From IMG/VR virus record IMGVR_UViG_3300040942_000041, positions 1-38,007 of that record: 38,007 nt of DNA; one strand, 5' to 3'. Source of the stretch: a virus. Taxonomy: Duplodnaviria; Caudoviricetes. Of the stretch, positions 17,012-25,169 are shown in pieces (positions within the stretch are counted from its first letter, which is position 1; each line of letters opens with the position of its first letter). The notes beneath the pieces are model-generated. The model saw nothing but the letters and a program-made list of their open reading frames with translations, was not told the DNA's origin and did no database searches. A program made the position numbers and the translations under genes.

Positions 17012-17503
17012 ATGTCTAATTGTAGAGTATGCGGAGCAGTCCTAACTTCTGCCAATTGGTGGAAGGGAATGCAAAGACATAACAACAAAATGTGCAACTC
17101 ATGTAACTCGAAGAAGACTATTGCTTACCGTAAGAATCGTTATAAGGATGACACAGAGTTTCGTGGCCATGAATGTGCGAGAGGTAAAAGGTCTAGAGAT
17201 AAACTCAAACTTGAGACTTTTATTCACTACTCTGGAACCAATCCACCCCAATGTGCCAATCTCTTTGGAGAGCATAAGGAACCTTACACAACGATTGCCG
17301 CTTTAACTATTGACCACATTGATGACAATGGAGCAGAAGAGAGAGAACGAATCTTCCATAACAAACATAAAGCAGGAATTGACTTTTACAGGTGGCTCCG
17401 AAAGAACGGCTACCCAGAGGGATACCAAGTATTGTGCTTCAACTGTCAATGGATAAAGAGAGACAAAGACTTAAAAGGTAGGATACCTCAATTACTTAGT
17501 TGA
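17012..17503 (+). CDS. HNH homing endonuclease
   Basis: N-terminal CRVC..CNSC, LTIDHIDDNGAEER...YQVLCFNCQWIK; AT-rich; own TATA (CTTAAATA near 16980). Confidence 0.85.
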   Translation: MSNCRVCGAVLTSANWWKGMQRHNNKMCNSCNSKKTIAYRKNRYKDDTEFRGHECARGKRSRDKLKLETFIHYSGTNPPQCANLFGEHKEPYTTIAALTIDHIDDNGAEERERIFHNKHKAGIDFYRWLRKNGYPEGYQVLCFNCQWIKRDKDLKGRIPQLLS

Positions 17504-17745
17504 CAAGCATGGACAGCACTGATGCGTTTGTTCTCGCTACTGCCTTTGTGTTCGGTCTCGTCTATGCTCTCATAGAACTTACTTTCGTTCACGCGCCCAC
17601 CTACCTTTCCTTTGCTCTTGGCCTTGTTTTGGTAGGTGTAGCATACATAAATTATGAATGGAAGTTGTGGGGAGCAAGCATTTTGGTTGCCACCGTTACA
17701 ACCATCCTTGCCTACAACCTTTGGGAATACATTCTGAGGCTGTAG
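17500..17745 (+). CDS. Small membrane protein (about 3 TM)
   Basis: Three hydrophobic segments; TTGA overlap with the HNH stop. Confidence 0.7.
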   Translation: MTSMDSTDAFVLATAFVFGLVYALIELTFVHAPTYLSFALGLVLVGVAYINYEWKLWGASILVATVTTILAYNLWEYILRL

Positions 17746-17780
17746 AAATGCTTATAAGGCATTGAAGTGAGACTCTATTC

Positions 17781-17999
17781 ATGGACAAACGGACACTGAG
17801 AGCGAGAATCGAGAAGAAGGACATCTCGAAGAACGAAATCGCCCAAGTGATAAAGAGGCCGATACCACCCTGTATATGCGGAAGACCTGCCTATAGATTG
17901 AATGAAAATTACCCTTCAGTGTGTAGTCAATGTAATGAACCTGATGGAGTTTGTGAATGCAAACCTGTTGACGAAAAGACGAAGACGCTAATATCCTAG
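17781..17999 (+). CDS. Small Cys-rich protein
   Basis: CICG...CSQC...CEC; CTTATAAG upstream. Confidence 0.65.
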   Translation: MDKRTLRARIEKKDISKNEIAQVIKRPIPPCICGRPAYRLNENYPSVCSQCNEPDGVCECKPVDEKTKTLIS

Positions 18000-18616
18000 A
18001 GGCCGTTTCCCTCTAAGTCTTCCAGCCTTGCATTGAGAAGTATCCCTCTCAGCACATCTTCTGGAAGTCGTTCCTCTAAGGTTGAGATTTTGTAGGCTTC
18101 GTCAAGGGACTTGAGCAGTGGGTCTATCTCAGACCGATTGCCTTTGTATGGCTCGAAGAAGAGGTTCCCTGTGTTGAGATAGGAGATTCCCATTCTCAGC
18201 AGTCGTAGTATCATGTTGACCTTCTTGGGTCTGAAGTCTAGTTCGTCCTGATAGAGTTTGACGTTGTGGACGGCCATCCCTCTGCAAGAATGGTAGAGGT
18301 TTCTAGGCGGGTGCTTCGTGAAGAGGTCAACCAGTTCCTTGTGGACAGGGCTAGTCTGTTCCACGATTGGAGACATCACACCTATGACGAAGTTGAGGTT
18401 GCCCTTTAGCAGTTGGTTCACTACGGTCTGTATCTCATGTCGGGCTATGTCTCTATTGCTCTCCTTGTGAGGCTCGAAGAAACTTCGTATCCCACCCGTC
18501 CCTCTGAGCAAATCTAGGGTCGGGGTCTGGTAGCATTCAAAGACATCCGTATCGGAACCCTTATGTTCCATACTCCATATGTGAGCACCTGTCACTGTTT
18601 TGAACAGCACTTTCAT
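17996..18616 (-). CDS. Pol-beta superfamily nucleotidyltransferase (viral GS-H...SDxD type)
   Basis: VTGAHIWSMEHKGSDTD motif, HE.....QLLKGN.NF, helical C-terminus. Confidence 0.82.
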   Translation of the reverse strand: MKVLFKTVTGAHIWSMEHKGSDTDVFECYQTPTLDLLRGTGGIRSFFEPHKESNRDIARHEIQTVVNQLLKGNLNFVIGVMSPIVEQTSPVHKELVDLFTKHPPRNLYHSCRGMAVHNVKLYQDELDFRPKKVNMILRLLRMGISYLNTGNLFFEPYKGNRSEIDPLLKSLDEAYKISTLEERLPEDVLRGILLNARLEDLEGNGL

Positions 18617-18623
18617 GCTTCAT

Positions 18624-18845
18624 TCAACCTCTGAATCTGTTGTTGCACCTGTAGTAAGCAGAGACGAGACCACACTTCGGGCAGATGGTAAGCGGTATCG
18701 GGTCTCCCCAGAGTTTGACCTCTCGACCTTTGAAGACATGGACACCGTTCTTGCCATGCGGTGGCATACATTCAGGAAGTCCATCCTTCAGCCTTGCTCC
18801 ATGTTGGTGGCTGGCTATCGTGCATTCCTTATGGGGTTGGCTCAT
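18624..18845 (-). CDS. Small Cys/His-rich protein
   Basis: ATGA-coupled start MSQPHK; CPKC. Confidence 0.6.
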   Translation of the reverse strand: MSQPHKECTIASHQHGARLKDGLPECMPPHGKNGVHVFKGREVKLWGDPIPLTICPKCGLVSAYYRCNNRFRG

Positions 18846-19075
18846 GGTGTATCTCCTGTCCACAACCAATAGGCAATCTCAAAGACCACGATTGAACTAC
18901 CAATTATCAAGCCAATCATTCCAAGTAAGACGAGTAGGCCAATCGCAATTGGCCATCCTGCTAAGAGTATAGTCGCTCCTTCGCTAATGCCTATCAGAAA
19001 GGCAACAGTCAATATCTTCCGAAGGTAGTTCCAAAGGTTACTCTCAGGTATCGGGGCAGGGTCTCCGAGACTCAT
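18842..19075 (-). CDS. Small two-TM membrane protein
   Basis: Hydrophobic segments; overlaps at both ends. Confidence 0.7.
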   Translation of the reverse strand: MSLGDPAPIPESNLWNYLRKILTVAFLIGISEGATILLAGWPIAIGLLVLLGMIGLIIGSSIVVFEIAYWLWTGDTP

Positions 19076-19179
19076 CTCTTCTTCTCCCCTTCATGCGTTC
19101 TTTGTTCTAGAAGATGTTGATGCGAAGTATGCCTACGCTTCTTGATGACGTTCCACTTCTTGCGTCTTGCGAAGGTCAT
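19072..19179 (-). CDS. 35-aa basic microprotein (MTFARRKKWNVIKKRRH...)
   Basis: ATGA overlaps at both ends; not in ORF track. Confidence 0.55.
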   Translation of the reverse strand: MTFARRKKWNVIKKRRHTSHQHLLEQRTHEGEKKR

Positions 19180-19397
19180 TTAGAAGAGAACTCCGTTACC
19201 ATCCAAAGGATGAAACTAACCGCACAGACTTCTGCTATGATGACTAGGCTTCCAACATCGAAGTTCCATGCAAGGGCAATCAGAGCCAACCATGCTAGGA
19301 ATGTCACTGCTAGGGTTAGGAATGATGCAAAGAACAGCACGAAGAAACCCATGCTCCATGTCCACTTCGTCTTCAACTTTGGTGCGGGTATTGCCAT
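19176..19397 (-). CDS. Small two-TM membrane protein
   Basis: Start MAIPAPK at 19397 preceded by CCTAAATA...GGGTA promoter. Confidence 0.7.
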   Translation of the reverse strand: MAIPAPKLKTKWTWSMGFFVLFFASFLTLAVTFLAWLALIALAWNFDVGSLVIIAEVCAVSFILWMVTEFSSK

Positions 19398-19401
19398 ATC
19401 A

Positions 19402-19860
19402 CTACCCTCTCCTCTGCGGGTATTTAGGTGTTTTCCCTGTGGCTCTACAGTAGTCTTTGTAGACCTGTTCCGTGATAGCATCGGCCTCTTCGTTCTCTTC
19501 TCTGGGTATCCATTGGAACTTGAGGTTGGCGAACCTGTCTCTCATGGCCTTGGCCTTGAGATAGAACTCCAAGTAGTATCCCTTCACGGCTTTCCATTCA
19601 CCCGACATCTGCTTGGCCAGCACTTGGGAGTCGGTGTAGACAATAATCTCCCTATACGATAGACACTTCCTTTCTAGAGTGTCTAAAGCATCGAGCAAAG
19701 CCCGATACTCGCTGACGTTGCTCGACATACCCTGTCCCTCACCTATGAAACCCGCACCCCTGTAGATTTGCTTCTTGCCATCTCTTATGATGCAAGCGTA
19801 AGTCCCTACTCCGTTAGGGTTCTTCTCTGCACACATTCCATCTATGAATACTGTTATCAT
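19402..19860 (-). CDS. rnhA: Ribonuclease HI
   Basis: VFIDG, SSNVSEY.AL, YTDSQ, WIPREENEEAD (D-E-D-D catalytic set); ATGA-coupled start 19860. Confidence 0.92.
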   Translation of the reverse strand: MITVFIDGMCAEKNPNGVGTYACIIRDGKKQIYRGAGFIGEGQGMSSNVSEYRALLDALDTLERKCLSYREIIVYTDSQVLAKQMSGEWKAVKGYYLEFYLKAKAMRDRFANLKFQWIPREENEEADAITEQVYKDYCRATGKTPKYPQRRG

Positions 19861-20162
19861 CTCTGCACTACCTCTATCACCTTGACCGACTTGAAGATGA
19901 CGCGCCATTTGTTCTCGAAGAACTTCTCCTTGCCCAAGACCTTGACAATCATCAGGTCTCCATCTGGCTTTGGTTTGACCTTGCGGTTCAAGACGAACCC
20001 CAACACGGCTCTGGCTCCGGCCACAGTCTTGGCGGCTGAGATTCCATGCTTCCCACCATACCTCATTCGGTCTGTAGGGAGTAGGATTTGTCTGGCGTTC
20101 CCCATCCCCAGACTGTAGAAGTTGCCGCCCTTGGTGAACACGGCCTTGTAAGCGAGACTCAT
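19857..20162 (-). CDS. Basic hypothetical protein
   Basis: Coupled at both ends. Confidence 0.7.
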   Translation of the reverse strand: MSLAYKAVFTKGGNFYSLGMGNARQILLPTDRMRYGGKHGISAAKTVAGARAVLGFVLNRKVKPKPDGDLMIVKVLGKEKFFENKWRVIFKSVKVIEVVQR

Positions 20163-20437
20163 GGGTAGAGCCTCATGCTGTATGGGACTTCAAACTTCCA
20201 CTTCTGTTCTACAATGTGTGTGTTTACGAAGTGCTTGAGGATAAAGGCTCTGTGCCGTCTGGGGTCGGGCTTCATATCGGCTCTATCAATCTCTAAGGTG
20301 TAGACGTAGACGGTCTGGCTCCCGCTTTCGTAGGCTCGTCTGAAGCCGAACTTCCATGCGTCTCTTATGTTCTTGGTGACGAAACTTCCCTCTAGTAGAC
20401 AGTTGAGTTCTTGGTCGGTTCCATGATAGACTTTCAT
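20159..20437 (-). CDS. Minimal ADP-ribosyltransferase-like protein
   Basis: VYHGT...SFVT.....A..F...YVY pattern of H-Y-x clade ART folds. Confidence 0.5.
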   Translation of the reverse strand: MKVYHGTDQELNCLLEGSFVTKNIRDAWKFGFRRAYESGSQTVYVYTLEIDRADMKPDPRRHRAFILKHFVNTHIVEQKWKFEVPYSMRLYP

Positions 20438-20529
20438 GGCGGTCTAAACCCATGAACGTGACCGTAGCAATCACAGACCGCAGGAGCAGAAGAAGGGCAA
20501 CCACAGGTAGGGCATCGTTTATCTATCAA
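20434..20529 (-). CDS. 31-aa Cys-rich microprotein (MIDKRCPTCGC...CDCYGH)
   Basis: TTGA and ATGA overlaps at the ends. Confidence 0.55.
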   Translation of the reverse strand: MIDKRCPTCGCPSSAPAVCDCYGHVHGFRPP

Positions 20530-20750
20530 GGTATATCGGCCTCATAGATGATGTCTCCCTTCTCATCTGAAACCCACGCGCTCAGTATCTTCCCTATGAT
20601 GTTCTCGACTGAGGTTCCCTTCCCATCGTAGACGGGTTGGCCTATCATGCTGTGAGCAATCTCCCTTAGAGATTCAGTATCAAGGAGAATGTCGAATGAG
20701 CCTTTGAGGTCGGTCTTTGTTTTCAGTTTGAGGGTGTGTTTGCTAATCAT
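20526..20750 (-). CDS. Small protein resembling the N-terminal half of a prohead protease
   Basis: ESLREIAHSMIGQPV...IIGKILSAWV...IIYEADI; no catalytic His or Ser region. Confidence 0.45.
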   Translation of the reverse strand: MISKHTLKLKTKTDLKGSFDILLDTESLREIAHSMIGQPVYDGKGTSVENIIGKILSAWVSDEKGDIIYEADIP

Positions 20751-20917
20751 CTTTCGGCCATCTCTTTAGCCTCTGCCATGAGGTCTTCGTATGGTGCGTA
20801 GGCTTCTATCTCGATGTCAATCTTCTTGGTCTCGGAAGGCGTGGTTGTGTCAATCGAGAAGTAGACTCTGGACTTGCTAGGCTCGTCTTTCTTCTTCCAG
20901 AACTTCAAACCTACCAA
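20747..20917 (-). CDS. 56-aa hypothetical protein (MVGLKFWKKKDEP...)
   Basis: TTG start, ATGA overlap with next gene; fills the gap. Confidence 0.6.
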   Translation of the reverse strand: MVGLKFWKKKDEPSKSRVYFSIDTTTPSETKKIDIEIEAYAPYEDLMAEAKEMAER

Positions 20918-21099
20918 CGCCGACCCCTCTCTTTCATCATCTGAATCAGGGTCTTGAGCCTTTCATCCAACAACTTCTGACTTGGGTTCCTTGAATATTG
21001 AATATCTATGTCTTTGAGAATTTGTTCTGTTGTTAGTTGAGATTCAATAACAACTGCCTCTTCTGTCATTTTATCTCTTGCTTCTAGTGCTTTGCTCAT
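20911..21099 (-). CDS. Hypothetical protein
   Basis: ATGA-coupled to the LAGLIDADG gene. Confidence 0.6.
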   Translation of the reverse strand: MSKALEARDKMTEEAVVIESQLTTEQILKDIDIQYSRNPSQKLLDERLKTLIQMMKERGRRW

Positions 21100-21524
21100 A
21101 TTTTCATCTTCATAAGACGATTGTGAAGTTTTTCACGATTTGTTATTTGGCCTTTATCAAGTGGCCTTCCTTGTCCGACATGATTAGAATCCATTGAATC
21201 TTGAAATTCGATTCCTATCTCTGCTTGCTCACCTTTTATAACAAGGTAGGGACATACTGCCTCAAGGAAGTCTCTAGCCTTTCTTGCTCTCACAACGAAA
21301 CGCCACAGTGGTTTATGATTTACTCTCTTAGAGGGTATTACCACTGCCGCACCCATGTTCCATGTATCTTTCAGCCAATGAATCATACGTTTATCTGTGT
21401 TCACAATTTGAACAATTAGTGTATAATAGGGTCGTACAGACGTAGGATGCTGTGTTTTGTTTATACCGATACAACCCTCTCCATCAAGTAAGCCAGCAGA
21501 ATAAGCAATATCACATTTGTCCAT
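21096..21524 (-). CDS. Single-motif LAGLIDADG homing endonuclease
   Basis: IAYSAGLLDGEGCI, NTD, FL..V.PYLVIK.EQA; AT-rich; start 21524 or 21530. Confidence 0.9.
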   Translation of the reverse strand: MDKCDIAYSAGLLDGEGCIGINKTQHPTSVRPYYTLIVQIVNTDKRMIHWLKDTWNMGAAVVIPSKRVNHKPLWRFVVRARKARDFLEAVCPYLVIKGEQAEIGIEFQDSMDSNHVGQGRPLDKGQITNREKLHNRLMKMKI

Positions 21525-21561
21525 GTTCATACCCCTTGTTCTGAGGGTTTATAAGGATTGC

Positions 21562-21648
21562 TCAATGGTAGGGATTCCCCAATAGTATGACGATGACTAT
21601 CGCCAGTAGCATCAGAAACATGACGGCCCAGAACTGTCGTTGGTTCAA
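21562..21648 (-). CDS. 28-aa single-TM micropeptide (MNQRQFWAVMFLMLLAIVIVILLGNPYH)
   Basis: TTGA-coupled; clean hydrophobic helix. Confidence 0.55.
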   Translation of the reverse strand: MNQRQFWAVMFLMLLAIVIVILLGNPYH

Positions 21649-21971
21649 AGTTCTCCCTCAAGTAGTGTAAGCACTTGGAGCCTTTGCTCTATCAGTTTCA
21701 GTAAGGAATTTGCAGAGTTCGGGGCCAAGTCCATAGACCTTAGAATCTCTATGGCTGAATCAATCCGCTTCTTCTGAGTCTGTTCCCTCTTGGAGAGGGC
21801 TTCGTAAGGCTTGAGAGAGGTGATAAGATAATTCAGCATTCCAATCATCCCGCCTTTTCCGTCTGGGTCTGCATTATTGTCTAAAATCTCAAAATGCCTC
21901 ATTACCTCTAATCTCTCCAATACCTTCGGAAGCGGCTCTGCGAATTCTTCCAGCGTCTTGCCGTCGCTCAT
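21645..21971 (-). CDS. Hypothetical helical protein
   Basis: Coupled ORF. Confidence 0.65.
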   Translation of the reverse strand: MSDGKTLEEFAEPLPKVLERLEVMRHFEILDNNADPDGKGGMIGMLNYLITSLKPYEALSKREQTQKKRIDSAIEILRSMDLAPNSANSLLKLIEQRLQVLTLLEGEL

Positions 21972-22069
21972 GGATTAACCACCAAAGAAATCAAGCCCAA
22001 GACCAGTAGCGCGATGTTTATGATGAGGAATGCTGTCATCCTTCGTGTCCACACTTCATCTAGTTCCAT
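21968..22069 (-). CDS. 33-aa single-TM micropeptide (MELDEVWTRRMTAFLIINIALLVLGLISLVVNP)
   Basis: Fills the gap; ATGA overlap. Confidence 0.6.
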   Translation of the reverse strand: MELDEVWTRRMTAFLIINIALLVLGLISLVVNP

Positions 22070-22070
22070 G

Positions 22071-22289
22071 TCATGCACTCTCTTCGGCCTCATCTACCTC
22101 TAGTTCCTCTGCTTGTGCTTGTTTGCGCTTGACGTTCTGTAGAGTCGTGAGGGTTTGGACGGCGGCTGTTGGAAACAACTTCTTGTAAGCGGCTTCAAAG
22201 AACGGGGCATCGTCCTTCGTGCATAGACACGCTAGACTACCATCAACGAAGAGAGTTCGGTTGAAGTTGATGTGCTGTGGTTCGCTCAA
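22071..22289 (-). CDS. Hypothetical protein (MSEPQHINF...)
   Basis: TTGA-coupled start at 22289. Confidence 0.65.
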   Translation of the reverse strand: MSEPQHINFNRTLFVDGSLACLCTKDDAPFFEAAYKKLFPTAAVQTLTTLQNVKRKQAQAEELEVDEAEESA

Positions 22290-22387
22290 GGCAAAGGCCA
22301 CCACGCCATTAAAGCAAGAAAGACCACAATGATAACCCAAAAAGGCCAATCTTCGCTCATGGACTCTCTACAATCACGACAATTCAT
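22286..22387 (-). CDS. 33-aa CxxC + TM micropeptide (MNCRDCRE...WVIIVVFLALMAWWPLP)
   Basis: TAATG and TTGA overlaps. Confidence 0.55.
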   Translation of the reverse strand: MNCRDCRESMSEDWPFWVIIVVFLALMAWWPLP

Positions 22388-22557
22388 TATACTTCTCCCA
22401 TTAGTGTGGCTGGCTGTGCTTTGTATTCGTTAATGACACATTCCATAGAGTCATAGTATCGGCATCTCTTTCCAGTCCTAAAGAAGATTCTAACTTCGAT
22501 TGACCCTATTTCATTTACGATGTCTTGACCACACCACGCGCATATCTTGTTGCTCAT
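22387..22557 (-). CDS. 56-aa TRASH/YHS-like zinc-finger microprotein (MSNKICAWCG...YYDSMEC)
   Basis: ATGA-coupled; CxxC...YxSxEC. Confidence 0.6.
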   Translation of the reverse strand: MSNKICAWCGQDIVNEIGSIEVRIFFRTGKRCRYYDSMECVINEYKAQPATLMGEV

Positions 22558-23021
22558 TTCGCTTCCTTCTCCTTCATCTTTGCCTCAGTGAACTTGTCCA
22601 AGGCTTCTATTAGGGCTTCGTCATAGATGGTGAAAAGAGCGCATCCTAGCATTTCATCTGTTACGTCTTTTACTCCATCCAACTGATAATCGCGGGTAAT
22701 AGCGCAATAGAGCAACTGGCCTAGCCTCAGACTAGGGTAGGCATCCATCGCTCTAACCAAACTGGACAGCACTTGCCCTGTCATGTGGACTTCTCGGTGG
22801 TATCCCTTCATGAACTCATGGAACATTCGGTCTTCTTCTGCAATGTCTTTCTCTTGTGTAGGAGCGACAGCGAAGGGAGTCACACACATGGCTGGCCCTA
22901 AGTCTTTCTCTGCTTCGATGTCTTCCACTTGAGAAGGAAAGACTCTTTTCTTTCTCATCTCTTCATCTATTTGATGGGCCATGAAGTCTGGCTCTTCCTC
23001 TTCATCTTGGTCTTCGCTCAA
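22554..23021 (-). CDS. Hypothetical protein with P.LRLGQLL motif
   Basis: TTGA-coupled start MSEDQDEEE; C-terminal YPSLRLGQLL...LF.IYDE.LIEAL recalls a common small phage family. Confidence 0.7.
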   Translation of the reverse strand: MSEDQDEEEEPDFMAHQIDEEMRKKRVFPSQVEDIEAEKDLGPAMCVTPFAVAPTQEKDIAEEDRMFHEFMKGYHREVHMTGQVLSSLVRAMDAYPSLRLGQLLYCAITRDYQLDGVKDVTDEMLGCALFTIYDEALIEALDKFTEAKMKEKEAK

Positions 23022-23266
23022 TCGAATGCACCATGCTCTGATGCTTTGACAAAGGCCCAGATTGTGAACAGGATTGAAGAGAGGAATCCGATTATGGCAC
23101 AGAACCATCCAATCATAATTATGACTATGCCGATGCTAGACGGAATGTCGGTTGGGTTGTAATTGGCCATGTAGTTCCATCCGCCTAGACCGACCATCAC
23201 GCCCACATACGCGATACTAAGCACTGACAACAGAGCCAGCAATGCCACGACTATTGGATGTTTCAT
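23018..23266 (-). CDS. Two-TM membrane protein
   Basis: Hydrophobic segments; AATCCTTAAATAG...GGGTA promoter upstream (23300-23272). Confidence 0.75.
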   Translation of the reverse strand: MKHPIVVALLALLSVLSIAYVGVMVGLGGWNYMANYNPTDIPSSIGIVIIMIGWFCAIIGFLSSILFTIWAFVKASEHGAFD

Positions 23267-23287
23267 AACACTACCCTAGTCTTAAGG

Positions 23288-23815
23288 CTATTTAAGGATT
23301 TTAGGTCGGGTGTTATTCTTGAACTCGACCCACCCTTTGTTGATGTCTTCTGGACTCATCTGCCCCATCTCTTTAAAGATGTGTGAATCTGCCAGTAGTG
23401 TCGCTCTGTCTGTTTGGTCGTCTCCATTGAAAGGCTGACTGCACGATACCAGTTCCTCAATAGGGGCAATGTAGAGTTTACCGTCCAAGCCAAAGGCCAC
23501 TACGATGAAAGTAGGTATACCAGTGCGTTGCATACGCGGGATACCTTTGTCCCTTATGCCAGCGTTAATCCTGATGGTTCCCTTTCTCAAGAAGCCAGAG
23601 TCGTAAGCATTCAATCCTTTGATGTCAAACCGCTTTTGCGCCGTTGTATCTAGCCAGTCGTCATCGGGTGTGAGAGTAGTGTTTGTCGTCCTTTCATACC
23701 ATTCTTTGAACTGGAACTCTGCTACATTTCTCCATTTGCCAGTCTCCTTATCTTCGGCAACCGTCTCATCCATGTGCTTCAAACCACTACCGTTATATCC
23801 ATAGGGGTCGCTCAT
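23288..23815 (-). CDS. Hypothetical protein, possible PD-(D/E)xK nuclease fold
   Basis: AE...DDWLD.....RFDIKG spacing; ORF solid, fold call weak. Confidence 0.45.
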   Translation of the reverse strand: MSDPYGYNGSGLKHMDETVAEDKETGKWRNVAEFQFKEWYERTTNTTLTPDDDWLDTTAQKRFDIKGLNAYDSGFLRKGTIRINAGIRDKGIPRMQRTGIPTFIVVAFGLDGKLYIAPIEELVSCSQPFNGDDQTDRATLLADSHIFKEMGQMSPEDINKGWVEFKNNTRPKILK

Positions 23816-24240
23816 CCAGATAACAACCCTATAGACTTGAACTTCTCAGATGCCCCAAGTAGTTTGTTGAAAGCATCAGCGTCTATTGCCCTTTGCAACT
23901 TTGTAGCGGAGTCTGACAAGGCTTCCACAGTCTTGTCGTAGTCCTTCTGAACGAAAGCACCCATCGGAGCGTATTCTCCTTCTATTGGTTTCCCATAGAG
24001 TTCTGGCGTTGGAGACTTTGGGCCGAACCATGTGCCGCAATACTCACAGTGCCTTGTAGATGGGTTGAAGGGCGCACCGCAACAAGAGCAATGCAAGGCC
24101 ACAAGTTCTTCCTTTGGTGCGGCCAGTGGTGTCGAAGCCCTTACTACTGCTTCATGTGGAATGTCTTGCCATGCAAAGTCTTGCCACCACGCTTCGCCTC
24201 TCTCAGTCTCAGTAGGCTTCTTGTGTCTGAAGAAACTCAT
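23812..24240 (-). CDS. Zinc-ribbon protein carrying a copy of the portal N-terminal motif
   Basis: ERGEAWWQDFAW; CSCCGAP...CEYCG; ATGA-coupled start 24240. Confidence 0.75.
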   Translation of the reverse strand: MSFFRHKKPTETERGEAWWQDFAWQDIPHEAVVRASTPLAAPKEELVALHCSCCGAPFNPSTRHCEYCGTWFGPKSPTPELYGKPIEGEYAPMGAFVQKDYDKTVEALSDSATKLQRAIDADAFNKLLGASEKFKSIGLLSG

Positions 24241-24572
24241 GGGTCTATAACCTTCCCTATCCACTTCTTTCTCTCTGCCTCTTCTTGTTCTTTTTGCGCC
24301 CTTTCTGCCTTTCGAGCCTCAAACCATCGTTCATCTGAATAGGAAGACTCAAGCCGTTCATTGTAACTCTTCATGAACGCTTCTTTGAGTTTCACATCGT
24401 TCTGAAGGTCTCTCTCCTTTATGTAGATTGTGACATTGGTTACTCTAGGTTCCTTAGTTAGAGGGTTTACGACACTACCTTTGACATTGGCAGTTATCAT
24501 AAGTCGTGGAGCCATCTTGTCAAAGAAGGTCTCTACCGTTGTCTTAACGACAGAGGTTATTGTGAAGTCCAT
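24237..24572 (-). CDS. Hypothetical protein
   Basis: Coupled ORF. Confidence 0.7.
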   Translation of the reverse strand: MDFTITSVVKTTVETFFDKMAPRLMITANVKGSVVNPLTKEPRVTNVTIYIKERDLQNDVKLKEAFMKSYNERLESSYSDERWFEARKAERAQKEQEEAERKKWIGKVIDP

Positions 24573-24668
24573 CTAGACCCCATCCTCTTCGTCTGAATCC
24601 TCTTCCCATCCATCTTCTTCTCCACTCTCATCGAAGTCCTCATCCAGTTCGTTGTCTTCTTCTGACAT
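24573..24668 (-). CDS. 31-aa hyperacidic micropeptide (MSEEDNELDEDFDESGEEDGWEEDSDEEDGV)
   Basis: Own CCTTATAAA...GGGTA promoter; TAG abuts the next ATG. Confidence 0.7.
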   Translation of the reverse strand: MSEEDNELDEDFDESGEEDGWEEDSDEEDGV

Positions 24669-24692
24669 AGCCTACCCTCTCTGCTTGGTGGT

Positions 24693-25169
24693 TTATAAGG
24701 GTTGCTCATGGTTTAACTCTTCTGCTCTTCGCGTTAAGCGTCTACAGACTGGACAATCTTCAGAGTTATGAGTGGAGTCTGGAAACGGATGCTCTTCTGA
24801 AAGCCCTTCGGTATAGGACGAGCCACTACCCGTCAAGATGTCGGAGTAGAGACTTCTTACATCTTGGGTCGGAGAGTATTCTCCGGTGAAGCGAACATTG
24901 CTCACTGTGGCTCCTGTTCCTGATGTCACGTTGGGTGGTTGAATTGGTGTGCCTTGAACCGTCCAGTATCCTGTTCCCTCACCTTCTGCGCTAGGCCAGT
25001 ATTCGGGTTGTGGTCTAGGCTCTGGCCTCTCTTTCTCATCGGTCTCCACCATCGAGTATTGGTAGTCTCCCACATAACACTGAGGGCATTTCTCAAGATG
25101 CAAGTCGCGGTTGCTAGTCTTGTAAGTGTGATTGCAAGTGAAGTAGTCCGTCCTCTTCCAAAAGGTCAC
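24693..25169 (-). CDS. Hypothetical protein with N- and C-terminal Cys/His motifs
   Basis: CNH...CPQC and H...CPVC; GTGA-coupled. Confidence 0.7.
   Translation of the reverse strand: MTFWKRTDYFTCNHTYKTSNRDLHLEKCPQCYVGDYQYSMVETDEKERPEPRPQPEYWPSAEGEGTGYWTVQGTPIQPPNVTSGTGATVSNVRFTGEYSPTQDVRSLYSDILTGSGSSYTEGLSEEHPFPDSTHNSEDCPVCRRLTRRAEELNHEQPL

Noticed and set aside
7042-21560. Group I introns or inteins hosting the three endonucleases
   Set aside because: Each endonuclease is a free-standing ORF with its own TATA box, flanking genes end normally, and no intein C/S...HN signature was seen in PolB, helicase or portal
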